A DNA stretch of 64,000 nt from Octopus sinensis (Eukaryota): positions 195,300,001 to 195,364,000 of the forward strand of contig NC_042998.1 of assembly GCF_006345805.1 (NCBI RefSeq), written 5' to 3'. Within the stretch, counting starts at the first letter, position 1. Each line of letters opens with the position of its first letter. Position numbers and translations under genes: made by a program. The notes beneath the pieces are model-generated. The model was not told the origin of the DNA. It saw only the letters and a list, made by a program, of their open reading frames with translations, and searched no databases. Below are positions 25,497 to 37,593 of the stretch, piece by piece.

Positions 25497-25609
25497 AAAC
25501 TGACAGCTGTTTCGGCAGTGAGGACAGTCATACCTCATTTAACCTATAAGCCATAAAGGCAGGTATAAATGAGGCATTAACAAGGATGCCCCACGGCCTC
25601 TTCAGAGAA
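25497..25609 (-). ncRNA. Mirror copy of the hammerhead-like motif in the left palindrome arm
   Basis: Reverse complement of 26900-27012; core spans 25502-25605. Confidence 0.6.
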
Positions 25610-25954
25610 TTAAATTAATTTGTTATAATAGTGAAAAATATTATACAATCATATACATATAAATATAAAAATATAAAAATGTAAAATATAAAAACTTATA
25701 CATCATAATGCTACACTTATATAATATAATACACATTTGTACAAAAAAGGAAGGTAAACAGAACAAAATAAAACAAAATATATAATAGTGTATATATTAA
25801 TATCAATAAGTACCGATATTATACATATTTGGCTAATAGTTTTTTTTAAAATATATATAAAAAAGAGCTAACATATATGGAGATGAAAAACAATAATTAA
25901 ATCCGTGGTACAGTTCATAAGATTCTAAAGTTATAAAAGTTAATAAAAATTACT

Positions 25955-25998
<44 letters not shown>

Positions 25999-26506
25999 TA
26001 ATAAAAAAATATAAAAATATAATAAAAAAATAGATACAGTTAAGTTAGCACCAAGTCCATCCTTACAAGATCGAAATAACTATGAGTTAAGAAATGCTGA
26101 CCACTAGGTAAAGAAAATATAGATTAATTCGATTGGCTATTGGTTTGAAATTTAAATCACAAAAGAAAATTATACGGTTGGTTAGTCAAGGAACGCCAAT
26201 ATTCACACACGCATCTACAGATCAATCGCACATACACCCATAGTTATATGTATATGTATACACTTATACACATACATAATTACAAGCAACAACTAGCACA
26301 TAGATAAACAAAAAGGGAAGTAACCAACCGTATAATTTTCTTTTGTGATTTAAATTTCAAACCAATAGCCAATCGAATTAATCTATATTTTCTTTACCTA
26401 GTGGTCAGCATTTCTTAACTCATAGTTATTTCGATCTTGTAAGGATGGACTTGGTGCTAACTTAACTGTATCTATTTTTTTATTATATTTTTATATTTTT
26501 TTATTA

Positions 26507-26553
<47 letters not shown>

Positions 26554-26899
26554 AGTAATTTTTATTAACTTTTATAACTTTAGAATCTTATGAACTGTAC
26601 CACGGATTTAATTATTGTTTTTCATCTCCATATATGTTAGCTCTTTTTTATATATATTTAAAAAAAAACTATTAGCCAAATATGTATAATATCGGTACTT
26701 ATTGATATTAATATATACACTATTATATATTTTGTTTTATTTTGTTCTGTTTACCTTCCTTTTTTGTACAAATGTGTATTATATTATATAAGTGTAGCAT
26801 TATGATGTATAAGTTTTTATATTTTACATTTTTATATTTTTATATTTATATGTATATGATTGTATAATATTTTTCACTATTATAACAAATTTAATTTAA

Positions 26900-27012
26900 T
26901 TCTCTGAAGAGGCCGTGGGGCATCCTTGTTAATGCCTCATTTATACCTGCCTTTATGGCTTATAGGTTAAATGAGGTATGACTGTCCTCACTGCCGAAAC
27001 AGCTGTCAGTTT
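26900..27012 (+). ncRNA. Type I hammerhead-like motif in the right palindrome arm
   Basis: CTGAAGA 26904-26910; stem II GGCCGTGGGG/CCTCACTGCC with a long hairpin insert; GAAAC-AGCT-GTC, cut predicted after 27007; stem I weak (2 Watson-Crick pairs, then U-U). Confidence 0.6.
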
Positions 27013-27208
27013 TGATCTATTTGCATATCATATTTGAAAATTTTTTACTTATATCTCTTTATCTTTTTACTATTACTGTATATCTCATTTCATTTTATGT
27101 ATTGCCTTTACTAATATGTAATGGTGTATTAAAGTATGGATTGAGTTTCATCGGATAGTTGATGTTTTACTGATTTAAGTATATTTCTCCATTCTCTAAT
27201 TTTGTAGT

Positions 27209-27490
27209 ATATATCTATATATATATCTATATATATATATATATAATATATCTATATATATATATCTATATATATATCTATATATATATATCTATATATA
27301 TATATATCTATATATATATATATCTATATATATATATATATATCTATATATATATATATCTATATATATATATATATATCTATATATATATATATATATA
27401 TATCTATATATATATATATATATATCTATATATATATATATATCTATATATATATATATATATCTATATATATATATATATATATATATA

Positions 27491-27525
<35 letters not shown>

Positions 27526-27615
27526 ATATCTATATATATATATCTATATCTATATATATATCTATATATATATCTATATATATATATATATATATCTATA
27601 TATATATAATATATA

Positions 27616-27656
<41 letters not shown>

Positions 27657-27844
27657 ATATATATATATCTATATATATATCTATATATATATATATATAT
27701 ATCTATATATATCTATATATCTATATATATATATATCTATATATCTATATATATATATCTATATAATATATATATATATCTATATATATATATATCTATA
27801 TATCTATAATATATATATATATATAATATATATATATATATATC

Positions 27845-27897
<53 letters not shown>
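27209..27897. repeat. (TA)n/(TATATC)n microsatellite
   Basis: Direct reading. Confidence 0.95.
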
Positions 27898-27899
<2 letters not shown>

Positions 27900-28249
27900 A
27901 GTGGCTGTGTGGTAAGTAGCTTGCTAACCAACCACATGGTTCCGGGTTCAGTCGGCAAGTGTCTTCTGCTATAGCCCTGCACCGACCGATGCATTGTGAG
28001 TGGATTTTGTAGGCGGAAACTGAAGGAAGCCTGTCGTATATATGTATGTGTGTTTGTCCCCTTAGCATTGCTTGACAACCGATGCTGGTGTGTTTACGTC
28101 CCCGTCACTTAGCGGTTCGGCAAAATAGACCGATAGAATAAGTACTGGCCTTACAAGGAATAAGTCCCGGGGTCGATTTGATCGACTAAAGGCGGTGCTC
28201 CAGCATGGCCGCAGTCAAATGACTGAAACAAGTAAAAGAATAAAAGAGA
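27897..28249 (+). mobile_element. tRNA-derived SINE (same family), following (TA)n
   Basis: Same head and tail, small internal deletion. Confidence 0.85.
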
Positions 28250-28275
28250 ATATATATATATATATATATGTATAC

Positions 28276-28339
<64 letters not shown>

Positions 28340-28599
28340 AATTATTAAAAATTTCCATGTGTGCAACCAAACAGAAAAAAATTCGGCAGGATTGGTAATA
28401 ATGACGATAATAATAATTTATGAGACAGAATTATCAAAGAAATCTCTTTCACAAAATCCCAAATCTATTAAAGTAGAGCCGCAATTCTTTAAAGACCGGA
28501 GTTAGTTCCCGTTGTTCTTCCTCATTAAGAGTATTTCTTGTTCTTGTTTCCCACGCACCTTGATTGCTTGATCAGTTCCACTTGACAACTGACATTTAA

Positions 28600-28811
28600 G
28601 AGAAAATCCAATCAAATATATACAAGTGATTGGTAAGTAACTGTCTAAAGAAACAGATACCCCATTTACGATTATGTGGACCTGAAAAATATTAATTAAC
28701 GTTTGTTGTAGAAATCTAGAAATTCTCTTGAAGCTGTCGTTGTCCACTCAGACTCCAGTTCTCACGTCTTCCTCCTTCACTCTTTCTCTCCATATCTATT
28801 ACTATGTAAGT
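28600..28811 (+). promoter_or_regulatory. Putative promoter and non-coding first exon of ZNF copy A
   Basis: CCAAT (28608-28612) and inverted ATTGG (28629-28633), a pyrimidine-rich stretch, then a CTAT|GTAAGT donor at 28806; acceptor just before ATG 30912. No transcript evidence. Confidence 0.5.
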
Positions 28812-29444
28812 ATTTATTTAAACATTTCTATTATATATGTGTCGTATTATGTACATTTATTTGTTTCGATGTGTTGAGAAAGTAAAAGGAAAAAAAAAAA
28901 ATCTCACTAAGACGAAATTATACGAAAGGCTGTAATTTTAATACTTTTATTGTGTTGTCGTTTTCTTTTAGACATTTCATTGCACTTTTGGTTATTTTCT
29001 AAATTATTTGTAAAAACGTCGGATCAATCCCTTGTTTAGATAACATTTATCTTTCTTTCTAACGTGTAAATTCGACAATTTCGTTAAATGCGGGAAAATT
29101 ACGATGTAATTTGTTAGAAATGGGGAATGTATAAAAATACGAGTGTGCACTTGAAATACTGAAACGAAAAGCAAATATCGCATCGAGAGGAAATGGAAAA
29201 GCTTTTATTTGAAACATAGGAAGTCTTTATTTCTGGTGGTTCTTCTGCATCATTAAAAGTTAGAATTAATGTGGTTTTCTAATTAATTTAATTTTTGTGT
29301 GTGTGTAGTGCTGCTTTAAGCACCTAATATAATCCCTCGTCACATATTTTTATTTGCGGGAATTTTCAGAAATTTCTGCGTACGAGAATTCGTTCGGTCA
29401 GGCAACCAAAAAAAGAAAACAATGAACTGTGATTTATGAGCTAT

Positions 29445-29700
29445 TTAGCTGTTATTTTTCGCACATCTCACGACCAGTATGGTAATAATTCTCTGCTTAA
29501 GTTCCTCTGGGCTTGCAGGAAGAGGGGAGACATAGACTAGGCCCTCTCTGAGAAAGAAATGGCAAGGTGTCCGCTCAGGTGAACGTGGCAGCCATTTCAA
29601 CAGCACATTGCCTTCTTCAGGACGCGCCAAACTCTTTGGAGGAATCTGGCTTTCATTCTCCACATCAACCAATAATTTTTCCTACATTAAAATTTCCCCA
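29445..29700 (-). mobile_element. Tc1/mariner-superfamily transposase C-terminal relic in the ZNF intron (copies at ~42150-42400 and ~54190-54440)
   Basis: WLPRSPERTPCHFFL...VY..P.S.EELKQRI resembles the WPPRSPDLTPCDFFLWG...LEELKQRI motif. Confidence 0.7.
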
Positions 29701-29794
29701 CTAAGGATTTTGATGCTGTTAGTGAGACATCAATATTATTTACTGACATTTATTCATCTTTTATGCTCAGCAAAATATTAACGTTGAGCTAACC

Positions 29795-29829
<35 letters not shown>

Positions 29830-30911
29830 CATGTATTTGTATATATGGCTCCCATGCAGGTAGCATGTAAAAAGTACCATTTGAACATGATTGATGCTAG
29901 TGCTGCCTGACTTGCACCCGTGCCGGTGGCACGTTAAAAGGCACCATTCAAGCATAGTCGATACCAATGCTACCTGACTGGCTCCGTGGCACATATAAAA
30001 GGCAACCGCTACACACTCAAACAGCATCCAGCTGTAGAAATCTTGCCTGATAAGATTGAAACCTTGTTCAACCTCATGGCTTGCCAGTCCTTAGTCAAAC
30101 CTCACAACCCATGCCAGCGTGGAAAGCAGATGTTAAACGATGATGATGAAGGTAGGGAAAGAGCGATATCTATTTTAGCAAACAAAGATACAAGACTGCA
30201 ATGAAAACATCAGAAATCTAGTGTCATTTATATGTATATTGGTGTGTGTGTATGTGGAAGTGTGTCTATGACAGACTTTATATTCCAGGAGTTGGTATTA
30301 TAATAGATGTGTCTCCGCTATGATATAAACATTTTGCTAATGCAGAAATTGGATGAATTTAATAGTTCAGATAAAGAATTACATCTAGAATTTTTGAAAC
30401 AAGAAATGTCGTAAATTTGCACTTTTGAATATCTGCCTTTTAAACATACTTCATATCTTATATTATTTTCCTATTCTTTCAGAAAATCACATGAAATTGG
30501 CTAAAAAGTAATTTTTACTTTTAAAGAATCATCAATGTGTTTCATGTTTAAACGACTCTGCAAAGATATTCGATAAACGTATAATCCTGCTTCTATAAAA
30601 CGTTGCTGAGTTACAGTAAAATATTTCCTCTGAGAGAGAAAGCATTTCTTTACTTCTGTGTCTGAAATGTGGAAGAGATAATTTTCTCTTTTAAATATAC
30701 TTTGATAGATTTCCAAAGAATATTTGCGGCATTTTTAAATATTGGCATTGATCACATTTAGAAGAAATATAAGAGAAGTGATATTTGTTTGGAATAAGCT
30801 ATAAAAGCAAAAAGAAGAAAAATATCCATATATTTTGGTGAGAGAAGAAATATTTTTGAAAAGTTGTTGATCTGTACAACTAAAAGGTTCAGTTTTATTT
30901 TTCTTGAAGAG

Positions 30912-32702
30912 ATGTCGGAAGAATTAGGAAAATCATCATATGACTGTGACATCTGCAAAGAGTCATTCTTAGAAGAAAGTAAACTCAATCAACACAAACA
31001 AATTCATGCAGGGGAAGCACCATATCACTGTGATATCTGTGGTAAATCATTGTCTCACAGGAATAGCTTAACTCAACACAAACGTATTCATACAGGAGAG
31101 AAACCATATCACTGTGATATCTGTGGTAAATCATTCTCTAATGGCAGTCACTTAACTCGACACAAACGGGTTCATACAGGAGAGAAACCTTATCATTGTG
31201 ATATCTGTGGTAAATCTATCTCTAATAGCAGTCACTTAACTCGACACGAACGGGTTTATACAGGAGAGAAACCTTATCATTGTGATATCTGTGGTAAATC
31301 ATTCTCTAATAGCAGTCACTTAACTCGACACAAACGGGTTTATACAGGAGAGAAACCTTATCATTGTGATATCTGTGGTAAATCATTCTCTAATAGCAGT
31401 CACTTAACTCGACACAAACGGGTTTATACAGGAGAGAAACCTTATCATTGTGATATCTGTGGTAAATCCTTCAATTTAGGGAGTAACTTGACATCTCACA
31501 AACACATTCATACAGGGGAAGCACCAAATCAAAGTGATATCTGTGGTAAATCATTCTCTAATGGCAGTCACTTAACTCGACACAAACGGGTTCATACAGG
31601 AGAGAAACCTTATCATTGTGATATCTGTGGTAAATCCTTCACTTCAGGAAGTAACTTGACATCTCACAAACACATTCATACAAGGAAGAAACCATATCAC
31701 TGTGATATTTGTGGTAAATCATTGTGTCACAGGAATAGCTTAACTCAACACAAACGTATTCATACAGGAGAGAAACCATATCACTGTGATATCTGTGGTA
31801 AATCATTCTCTATTGGCAGTCACTTAACTCAACACAAACGGGTTCATACAGGAGAGAAACCTTATCATTGTGATATCTGTGGCAGATCCTTCACTTCAGG
31901 AAGTAACTTGACAACTCACAAACACATTCATACAGGGAAGAAACCATATCACTGTGATATCTGTGGTAAATCATTCTATCGAGAAGGTAACTTAAGTAGT
32001 CACAGACGGGTTCACGGTGGGGACAAACCGTATCATTGTGATATCTGTGGTAAATCCTTCACTTCAGGAAGTAGCTTGGCATCTCACAAATGTATTCATA
32101 CAGGGGGGAAACCATATCACTGTGATATCTGTGGTAAATCTTTCTCTGATGGAAGTAGCGTAACTACGCACAAACGTACTCATACAGGGGAGAAACCATA
32201 TTCCTGTGAAATCTGTGGTAAATCTTTCTCTCAAAGCAGCAGCTTAACTAAGCACAATCGTATTCATACAGGCGAGAAACCATATCACTGTGATATCTGT
32301 GGTATATCATTCTCTCACAACACTACCCTAACTACGCACAAACATATTCATACGGGGGAGAAACCATATCACTGTGATATCTGTGGTATATCATTCTCTC
32401 AAAACACTACCCTCACAACGCACAAACGTATTCATACAGGAGAGAAGCCATATTCCTGCGATAGCTGTGGTAAATCATTCTCTCAGAACAGTGTCTTAAC
32501 TAAACACAAGCGTATTCATACAGGGGAGAAACCATATCACTGTGATATCTGTGGTAAATCATTCTCTAATGGCAGTCACTTAACTCGACACAAACGGGTT
32601 CATACTGGAGAGAAACGTTATCATTGTGATATGTGTGGAAGATCGTTCTCCGAAAGCAGCAGCTTAACTAAACACAAGTGTATTCATACAGGGGCGGAAT
32701 GA
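30912..32702 (+). CDS. Polydactyl C2H2 zinc-finger protein, copy A (596 aa, 21 finger repeats, 4 degenerate)
   Basis: True ATG at 30912 after a polypyrimidine/AG acceptor; 28-aa CxxC-x12-HxxxH repeats with TGEKP linkers; no KRAB/BTB/SCAN/ZAD domain seen. Confidence 0.9.
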   Translation: MSEELGKSSYDCDICKESFLEESKLNQHKQIHAGEAPYHCDICGKSLSHRNSLTQHKRIHTGEKPYHCDICGKSFSNGSHLTRHKRVHTGEKPYHCDICGKSISNSSHLTRHERVYTGEKPYHCDICGKSFSNSSHLTRHKRVYTGEKPYHCDICGKSFSNSSHLTRHKRVYTGEKPYHCDICGKSFNLGSNLTSHKHIHTGEAPNQSDICGKSFSNGSHLTRHKRVHTGEKPYHCDICGKSFTSGSNLTSHKHIHTRKKPYHCDICGKSLCHRNSLTQHKRIHTGEKPYHCDICGKSFSIGSHLTQHKRVHTGEKPYHCDICGRSFTSGSNLTTHKHIHTGKKPYHCDICGKSFYREGNLSSHRRVHGGDKPYHCDICGKSFTSGSSLASHKCIHTGGKPYHCDICGKSFSDGSSVTTHKRTHTGEKPYSCEICGKSFSQSSSLTKHNRIHTGEKPYHCDICGISFSHNTTLTTHKHIHTGEKPYHCDICGISFSQNTTLTTHKRIHTGEKPYSCDSCGKSFSQNSVLTKHKRIHTGEKPYHCDICGKSFSNGSHLTRHKRVHTGEKRYHCDMCGRSFSESSSLTKHKCIHTGAE

Positions 32703-33654
32703 TAACCTTGTAATATCTGTGGTAAATCTTTCTCTGAGAACAGTGGCTTAACTCAACACAAACATATTCATACAGGGTAGAAACCATATACCTGTGATAT
32801 CTATTGTAAGATGTTCTCTGGAAACAGTCACTTTACTATACTCAAATGCATTCACATTCAAGAGAAATCAATTCACAGTGATATCTGTGGCAAATCATTT
32901 ACACAAAATCATTTCTGATTTAAACAAGTCTTTCCTTCTGAAGTGGGTCCCTAACACAGTGATATTTGTTGTATAACATTTCCTCAGAAGGACAAAGGAC
33001 GTATCTCATAAAGACATCCACAGAATATAGAAACTATATGAATGTGACATCTATGGTAAATCTTTGACATGAATTCATCCATTATTGAATCAAAAGAGCA
33101 TTGACTGAGGAACGAAAACATATCACTGTGATGTTAACCCTGAATCATTCTTTCAAATTGGTGAATTGTTTGTACACAGTCCTATTAATATGAAAGATAT
33201 AACTGTAGCCTAAGCTTTTTCTGATAACTCAATCTATGAAAATGATCAATTATTGAAATGTAAATGCATTCATACAGAAGACGAATCCCGATGATGATGA
33301 TCCTCATCATTTAACATTCTCCTATTCATGCTTCTGTGGATCAGATGGAATTCATTGATGGAGATTTTCTACATCTGGGTACCTTTCTTGTGACCAATGC
33401 TCACCTGTTTCCAAGCAAGGAAATATTTTCCCTGGTGAGACATATTTCACGCGAAGGACTGGAAATGAACAACTGCACAAGACGGTCATGATGGCCCTTT
33501 CCGAACATCACATAATATCTGGACAAGGATACACACACACACACACACACACATATGTATCTCTGAAGAATTTCTTATAGGAAATATCTTTCATGTTTTC
33601 TACACATCTAAAAGCTTTTGATTCCTATTAGGAAATGAAACACATGTAATGCTG

Positions 33655-33660
33655 AATAAA
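33655..33660 (+). terminator. Candidate AATAAA poly(A) signal of ZNF copy A (equivalents at 46417 and 59537)
   Basis: AATAAA ~950 nt after the stop, kept in all three units, followed by T/GT-rich sequence. Confidence 0.35.
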
Positions 33661-34405
33661 TAATATCAAACTTTTCTCCGGTCTCCTTATGTGATTTGTA
33701 ATTACCTTGCAAAAAATATTATCCAAACCACCCACAAAAATATTGTAGGTGTATATATGTAATCAGAAGCTTGTTTGTTCAACTGGTGTATTTATGTTAG
33801 TTGAGTAGTGGGGTGAGAGGGTGGGAAAAGTAAAGGAAGGTGGTCTTATAATAATTCTGCTTGTCATTACGATACTTAGGTCGACAGTAACACTTTCATG
33901 TGATTGGAGAGAAAGGATAAGGCCATGAGTGAGACGGGAAGAGTGAGAAGTGTGTATGACGTGATAGGGGGACATATTTAGTTAAGGTTGTGATATAGAG
34001 GAGAGTAAGGAATATAATTTTAGAAGGTGGGTAATGTCCTGATGGAGAGGTTAAAGAAAGGTAGAGAGAGACAGATGATGGTGGTTGTTGTGATGGTGAA
34101 TACAAAGTGAAAAGTAATGTTTTTTTTTTTTACTTGAACTAAGTTTTTTTTACAAATCTTAAAAATTGACATGTGTATTGACTCTCTGACCCATCACCTT
34201 GGCTTACAAGTTACCACTGATGTGGTTTTCAGAGTAAGCCATGTTACATTAAATTCTGACCTCTATATTTTACATATAAGGTAATTTTTTTAGTATACAC
34301 TTCTCGTGTTTCAGATAAGAAATTGTGCCCATGTAAATTTTAAAATGTAATTTTTTTCTGTTTATGAGAAAACTGGAAAAATATGAGCAAATATTTATTT
34401 TATAA

Positions 34406-35526
34406 TAATATAATAATAATAATATAATAATAATGAAATTATTGTATACAGTGCTCAGGTGCACCACAACTTGTCAAAAGTGCATATAAAGTACATGCAG
34501 TAATATAGAAATGTCTGGAAAGCGAACAATGTATGTGTCAGATACATGCTTGTGTGTGTATGGAGGGGAGAAAATCAAGTGTAGCGTTGGCGGATCTCAG
34601 GAAGCATGGAAGTTTTGAAGGATGCAGTGCTCCGACAACTAACAACTGATGCCGGCAGTTTGTTCCATGCTTCAGCAACTCTCAGCATGAAAAAATGTTT
34701 CCTGAAGTCATGGGAACTGCTGTTTTCTTACTTTGTAAATATGTCCACGGGTGTTAGATGGGTGGAGTTTGAAAAGGTGCTCAGAGTTATTGTTTGTACG
34801 ATGGTTGATAATTTTATGGGTGTCTGCCACTTCAACTGCCAGACGTCGGAGTTTCAATGTGTCCATGCCCAGGGAAGTAAGGCGTTCAGGATATGGCAAA
34901 TGCCTGATGGAGGGTATTCTTTTGGTTGCACGTCGCTGAACAGCTTCCAGACGATTGATATCCTGGGCAAGATAGGGGTTGCAGACCGGTGATGCAAATT
35001 CCAGGTGAGGTCTTACCATAGCTATATAAAGCCGCAGATGTATAGCCGGAGTGCGGCTCACAAAGGATTTGGTGAGTGATGCCAAGACACCCTCAGCCTT
35101 CTTGACAATTTTAGCGATGTGTTTTGTCCAACGCAAATCACTGTCGACAATAACACCCAGGTCACGTTCACATGAAGACTTTTTGAGACTAGTGTTGTGG
35201 AGGGAGTAGGTGGACGCTGGGTTTCTCCCAAAAGGCATGGTGGTACATTTGTCCTCAGCCAGCTTGAGTTGCCAGTCCATGATCCACTGCTGCATTGTGT
35301 CCAGGTCTGCTTGCAAAAGAGATCTATAGTGTACAGGATTTGACCTCTTTATTTCGAGGTACAGCTTGATGTCATCTGCATATTTCAGCACTGTGGCATT
35401 CTTTAAGTTGGCATCTATGTCATTAACATATGCAACAAATAAAAGGGGGCCAAGAACAGATCCCTGTGGTACACCAGATGTCATCTCATAGGGCGAAGAG
35501 TACTGTCCTAGAACTGTGACAACCTC
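34406..35526 (-). mobile_element. 5'-truncated CR1/L2-type LINE (RT C-half plus (ATT)n tail)
   Basis: ORF 34708-35484: GVPQGSVLGPLLF, YADD, ERDLGV, VRPHLEFAS, LEAVQRRATK; simple-repeat tail at 34406-34435. Confidence 0.9.
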
Positions 35527-35941
35527 ATAAAATTGTGCATAAAGTGTATTAAGTAATTACCGTATTCCAATTTCCTTCAGTTTTCAGTGAGTAGCAGATG
35601 AGCGACTATCTTTTGATGCAGACACAATACAGGCTCCACTTTAGAGTGTTTTGGTTTCAGGAATAACCCAATCCATTGCCTCACTGGACACCGAGGCCAT
35701 GACTAGTGACCGGGACCTTTTGTTTTTGGATAATGGATAAACAGCTAAAAGATTATATAAATATATATTTATAAAATTAAAGACTTAAATCTGTACAAGA
35801 TCCAAAGCAAAAAGAGAAGAATTCAATTAAGAATGCATCGGGTGAAAGAATATTGGTTTAAAAAACATAGACATAAAAATGATAACAATGAAGACTATAA
35901 GGAATATGAGGGAGTTAGGGTGAATCCTTTCTATTTGACAA

Positions 35942-36335
35942 TGATCGGGCATTGTCTTGTTGGAAGACTAATGCTTTTCTGTTGGTAATCTCCAGCCGCA
36001 GTTCTTTGATATATTTTGGTTCAAATTAGCCAGTTAACGACAGAACACAACAGAATGAATGGTCTGGTTTCATGGGAGAAGGTCATATTAATGCCTTTAT
36101 GATTCCACCAAACACAAAGGACGGGTTTGTTGCCATGGATATTCATCTTTGGCTGCTTGGGGGATATTTCTGCGAACTCCAGGATCAGTTTTGCACATTA
36201 AGCATGCAATCCATTTTTCGTCTCCAGTCAGAAGTCGTTCCAAAAAAGGGCATGCTTTCTTTCCTTTTCAAAAGCATGTCCCAAACGGAATACTGGTCCC
36301 AGCAATTCTTATCTAAGAGTTTCAAGCAACCATAT
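35942..36335 (-). mobile_element. Mariner transposase relic (copies at ~47985-48380 and ~61842-62235)
   Basis: Minus-strand frames give PFLERLLTGDEKW (36211-36228), VLCVWWNHKGI and VFQQDNAR, i.e. motifs around the first two catalytic Asp residues. Confidence 0.75.
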
Positions 36336-37593
36336 ATTAAAGCAAAGAGTAAGATAGAAAGAGGAACAGAGAGAAGTGTACATGATATGTGATAGAGGGG
36401 AGCATAATATTTCTTACATCGTTAAAAAAGTTAGTTGAAGTTGATGATATAGAGAAGTTAGCAATATAATTTTAGCAGAGTGGTGATGTTCTGATGGTGA
36501 GATTTGAGGCACAAAGAGAGAGAGAGAGATGATGGTTGTGGTGGAGGAAATGGTGATGGACAGTGCATAGTTAAAAGTAATTTGTTTTTATTGAACAAAG
36601 TTTTTTTTATATTACGTATTTGCAGAATCGTATGAATTAACCTGTAAAAAGTCCAAAATCACAATAATTTGACATTTCACACCCCTTCTTTACATGAACA
36701 AAATGACAGCTTCCAAATATTGTTTTCTTAATGGGTAAGAATGATCAAACTTTAAACCACAGTGTGACACATTCATATCTGTGTGAATACGCAGGTATAC
36801 GTAAGTAGAATACATCCCCACTTTTGGCACTATTTTGTTAGTGACAGTATAAAGTTTATATGTATCACTACGCTGAATGTAGTCCAGTTCGTGTAACATG
36901 AAAAGGTAATTAAACACGTAAAAGAATAACAATGGCTTCGTATTGAGTTGTTTATCCCATTAGAACGAAATAAAACATAACATGGTGGCAGCGGTGGGAT
37001 AATTAATCGGAAAATGTTTTTTAGGCAATTAAACCAATGGTATATTTTGATTTTAAAAAACGTAAATATTTTCTCTTTTTATTCATGATAAAGTTTTTTC
37101 CAAATAAATGAAAAGACAAGTAACTAATTCTGCTCGATTACAAAGCAGAGGCAGAATAATCTCACGGTTTCTGCTGCAGGATTTCCACCTCGCGCTGACA
37201 ATCCATTAGAGTAAGGGAGACTGCTATATTTGTCTTCACTGCCAAAAGACCCCTTTTTTTTTTCAAAAAAAAAGGGATGTTACACGTTCATATATATGCG
37301 TGGGCGTGTGTGTGCGGAATACGTCCCCGCTTTTGGCACTATTTTATAAGTATTACTACGCTGTGTCTAAAGTTATACCGGTGTCGCTGCGCGGAATGTA
37401 GTCCAGTTCGCGTAACATGAAAAAGTAATTAAACACGTAAAAGAATAACTATGCTTCGTATTGAGTTGTTTATCCCATTAGAAGAAAACAACACATAACA
37501 GTGATGAAGCCGAATATTGAAGAAATCTCTTTCACAAAATCCCAAATCTATTAAAGTAGAGCCGCAATTCTTTAAAGACTGGAGTTAGTTCCC

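Larger units (their letters stand above)
25299..27210. repeat. Long inverted repeat: arms 25299-26184 and 26321-27210, 136-bp spacer; probable non-autonomous Penelope-like element
   Basis: The arms are reverse complements apart from a few homopolymer-length differences; they carry hammerhead motifs, CCAAT pairs and (ATT)n; flanked by TA-rich microsatellite. Confidence 0.9.

Noticed and set aside
24626-28068. ORFs rich in IYIY/YIYI
   Set aside because: Translations of (TA)n microsatellite.
28491-28520. Tx1 target as U2 snRNA, 5S rRNA or tRNA (known Tx1-family targets)
   Set aside because: No resemblance to those RNAs was recognised; the site looks like promoter DNA.
30864-30911. ORF-track start (TTG) extending ZNF-A to 612 aa
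   Set aside because: It overlaps the polypyrimidine tract and acceptor and is not open in copy B; the shared ATG is at 30912.
36072-36392. 106-aa ORF conserved in all three units as a novel gene
   Set aside because: It is the antisense frame of a mariner relic; its conservation reflects recent segmental duplication.
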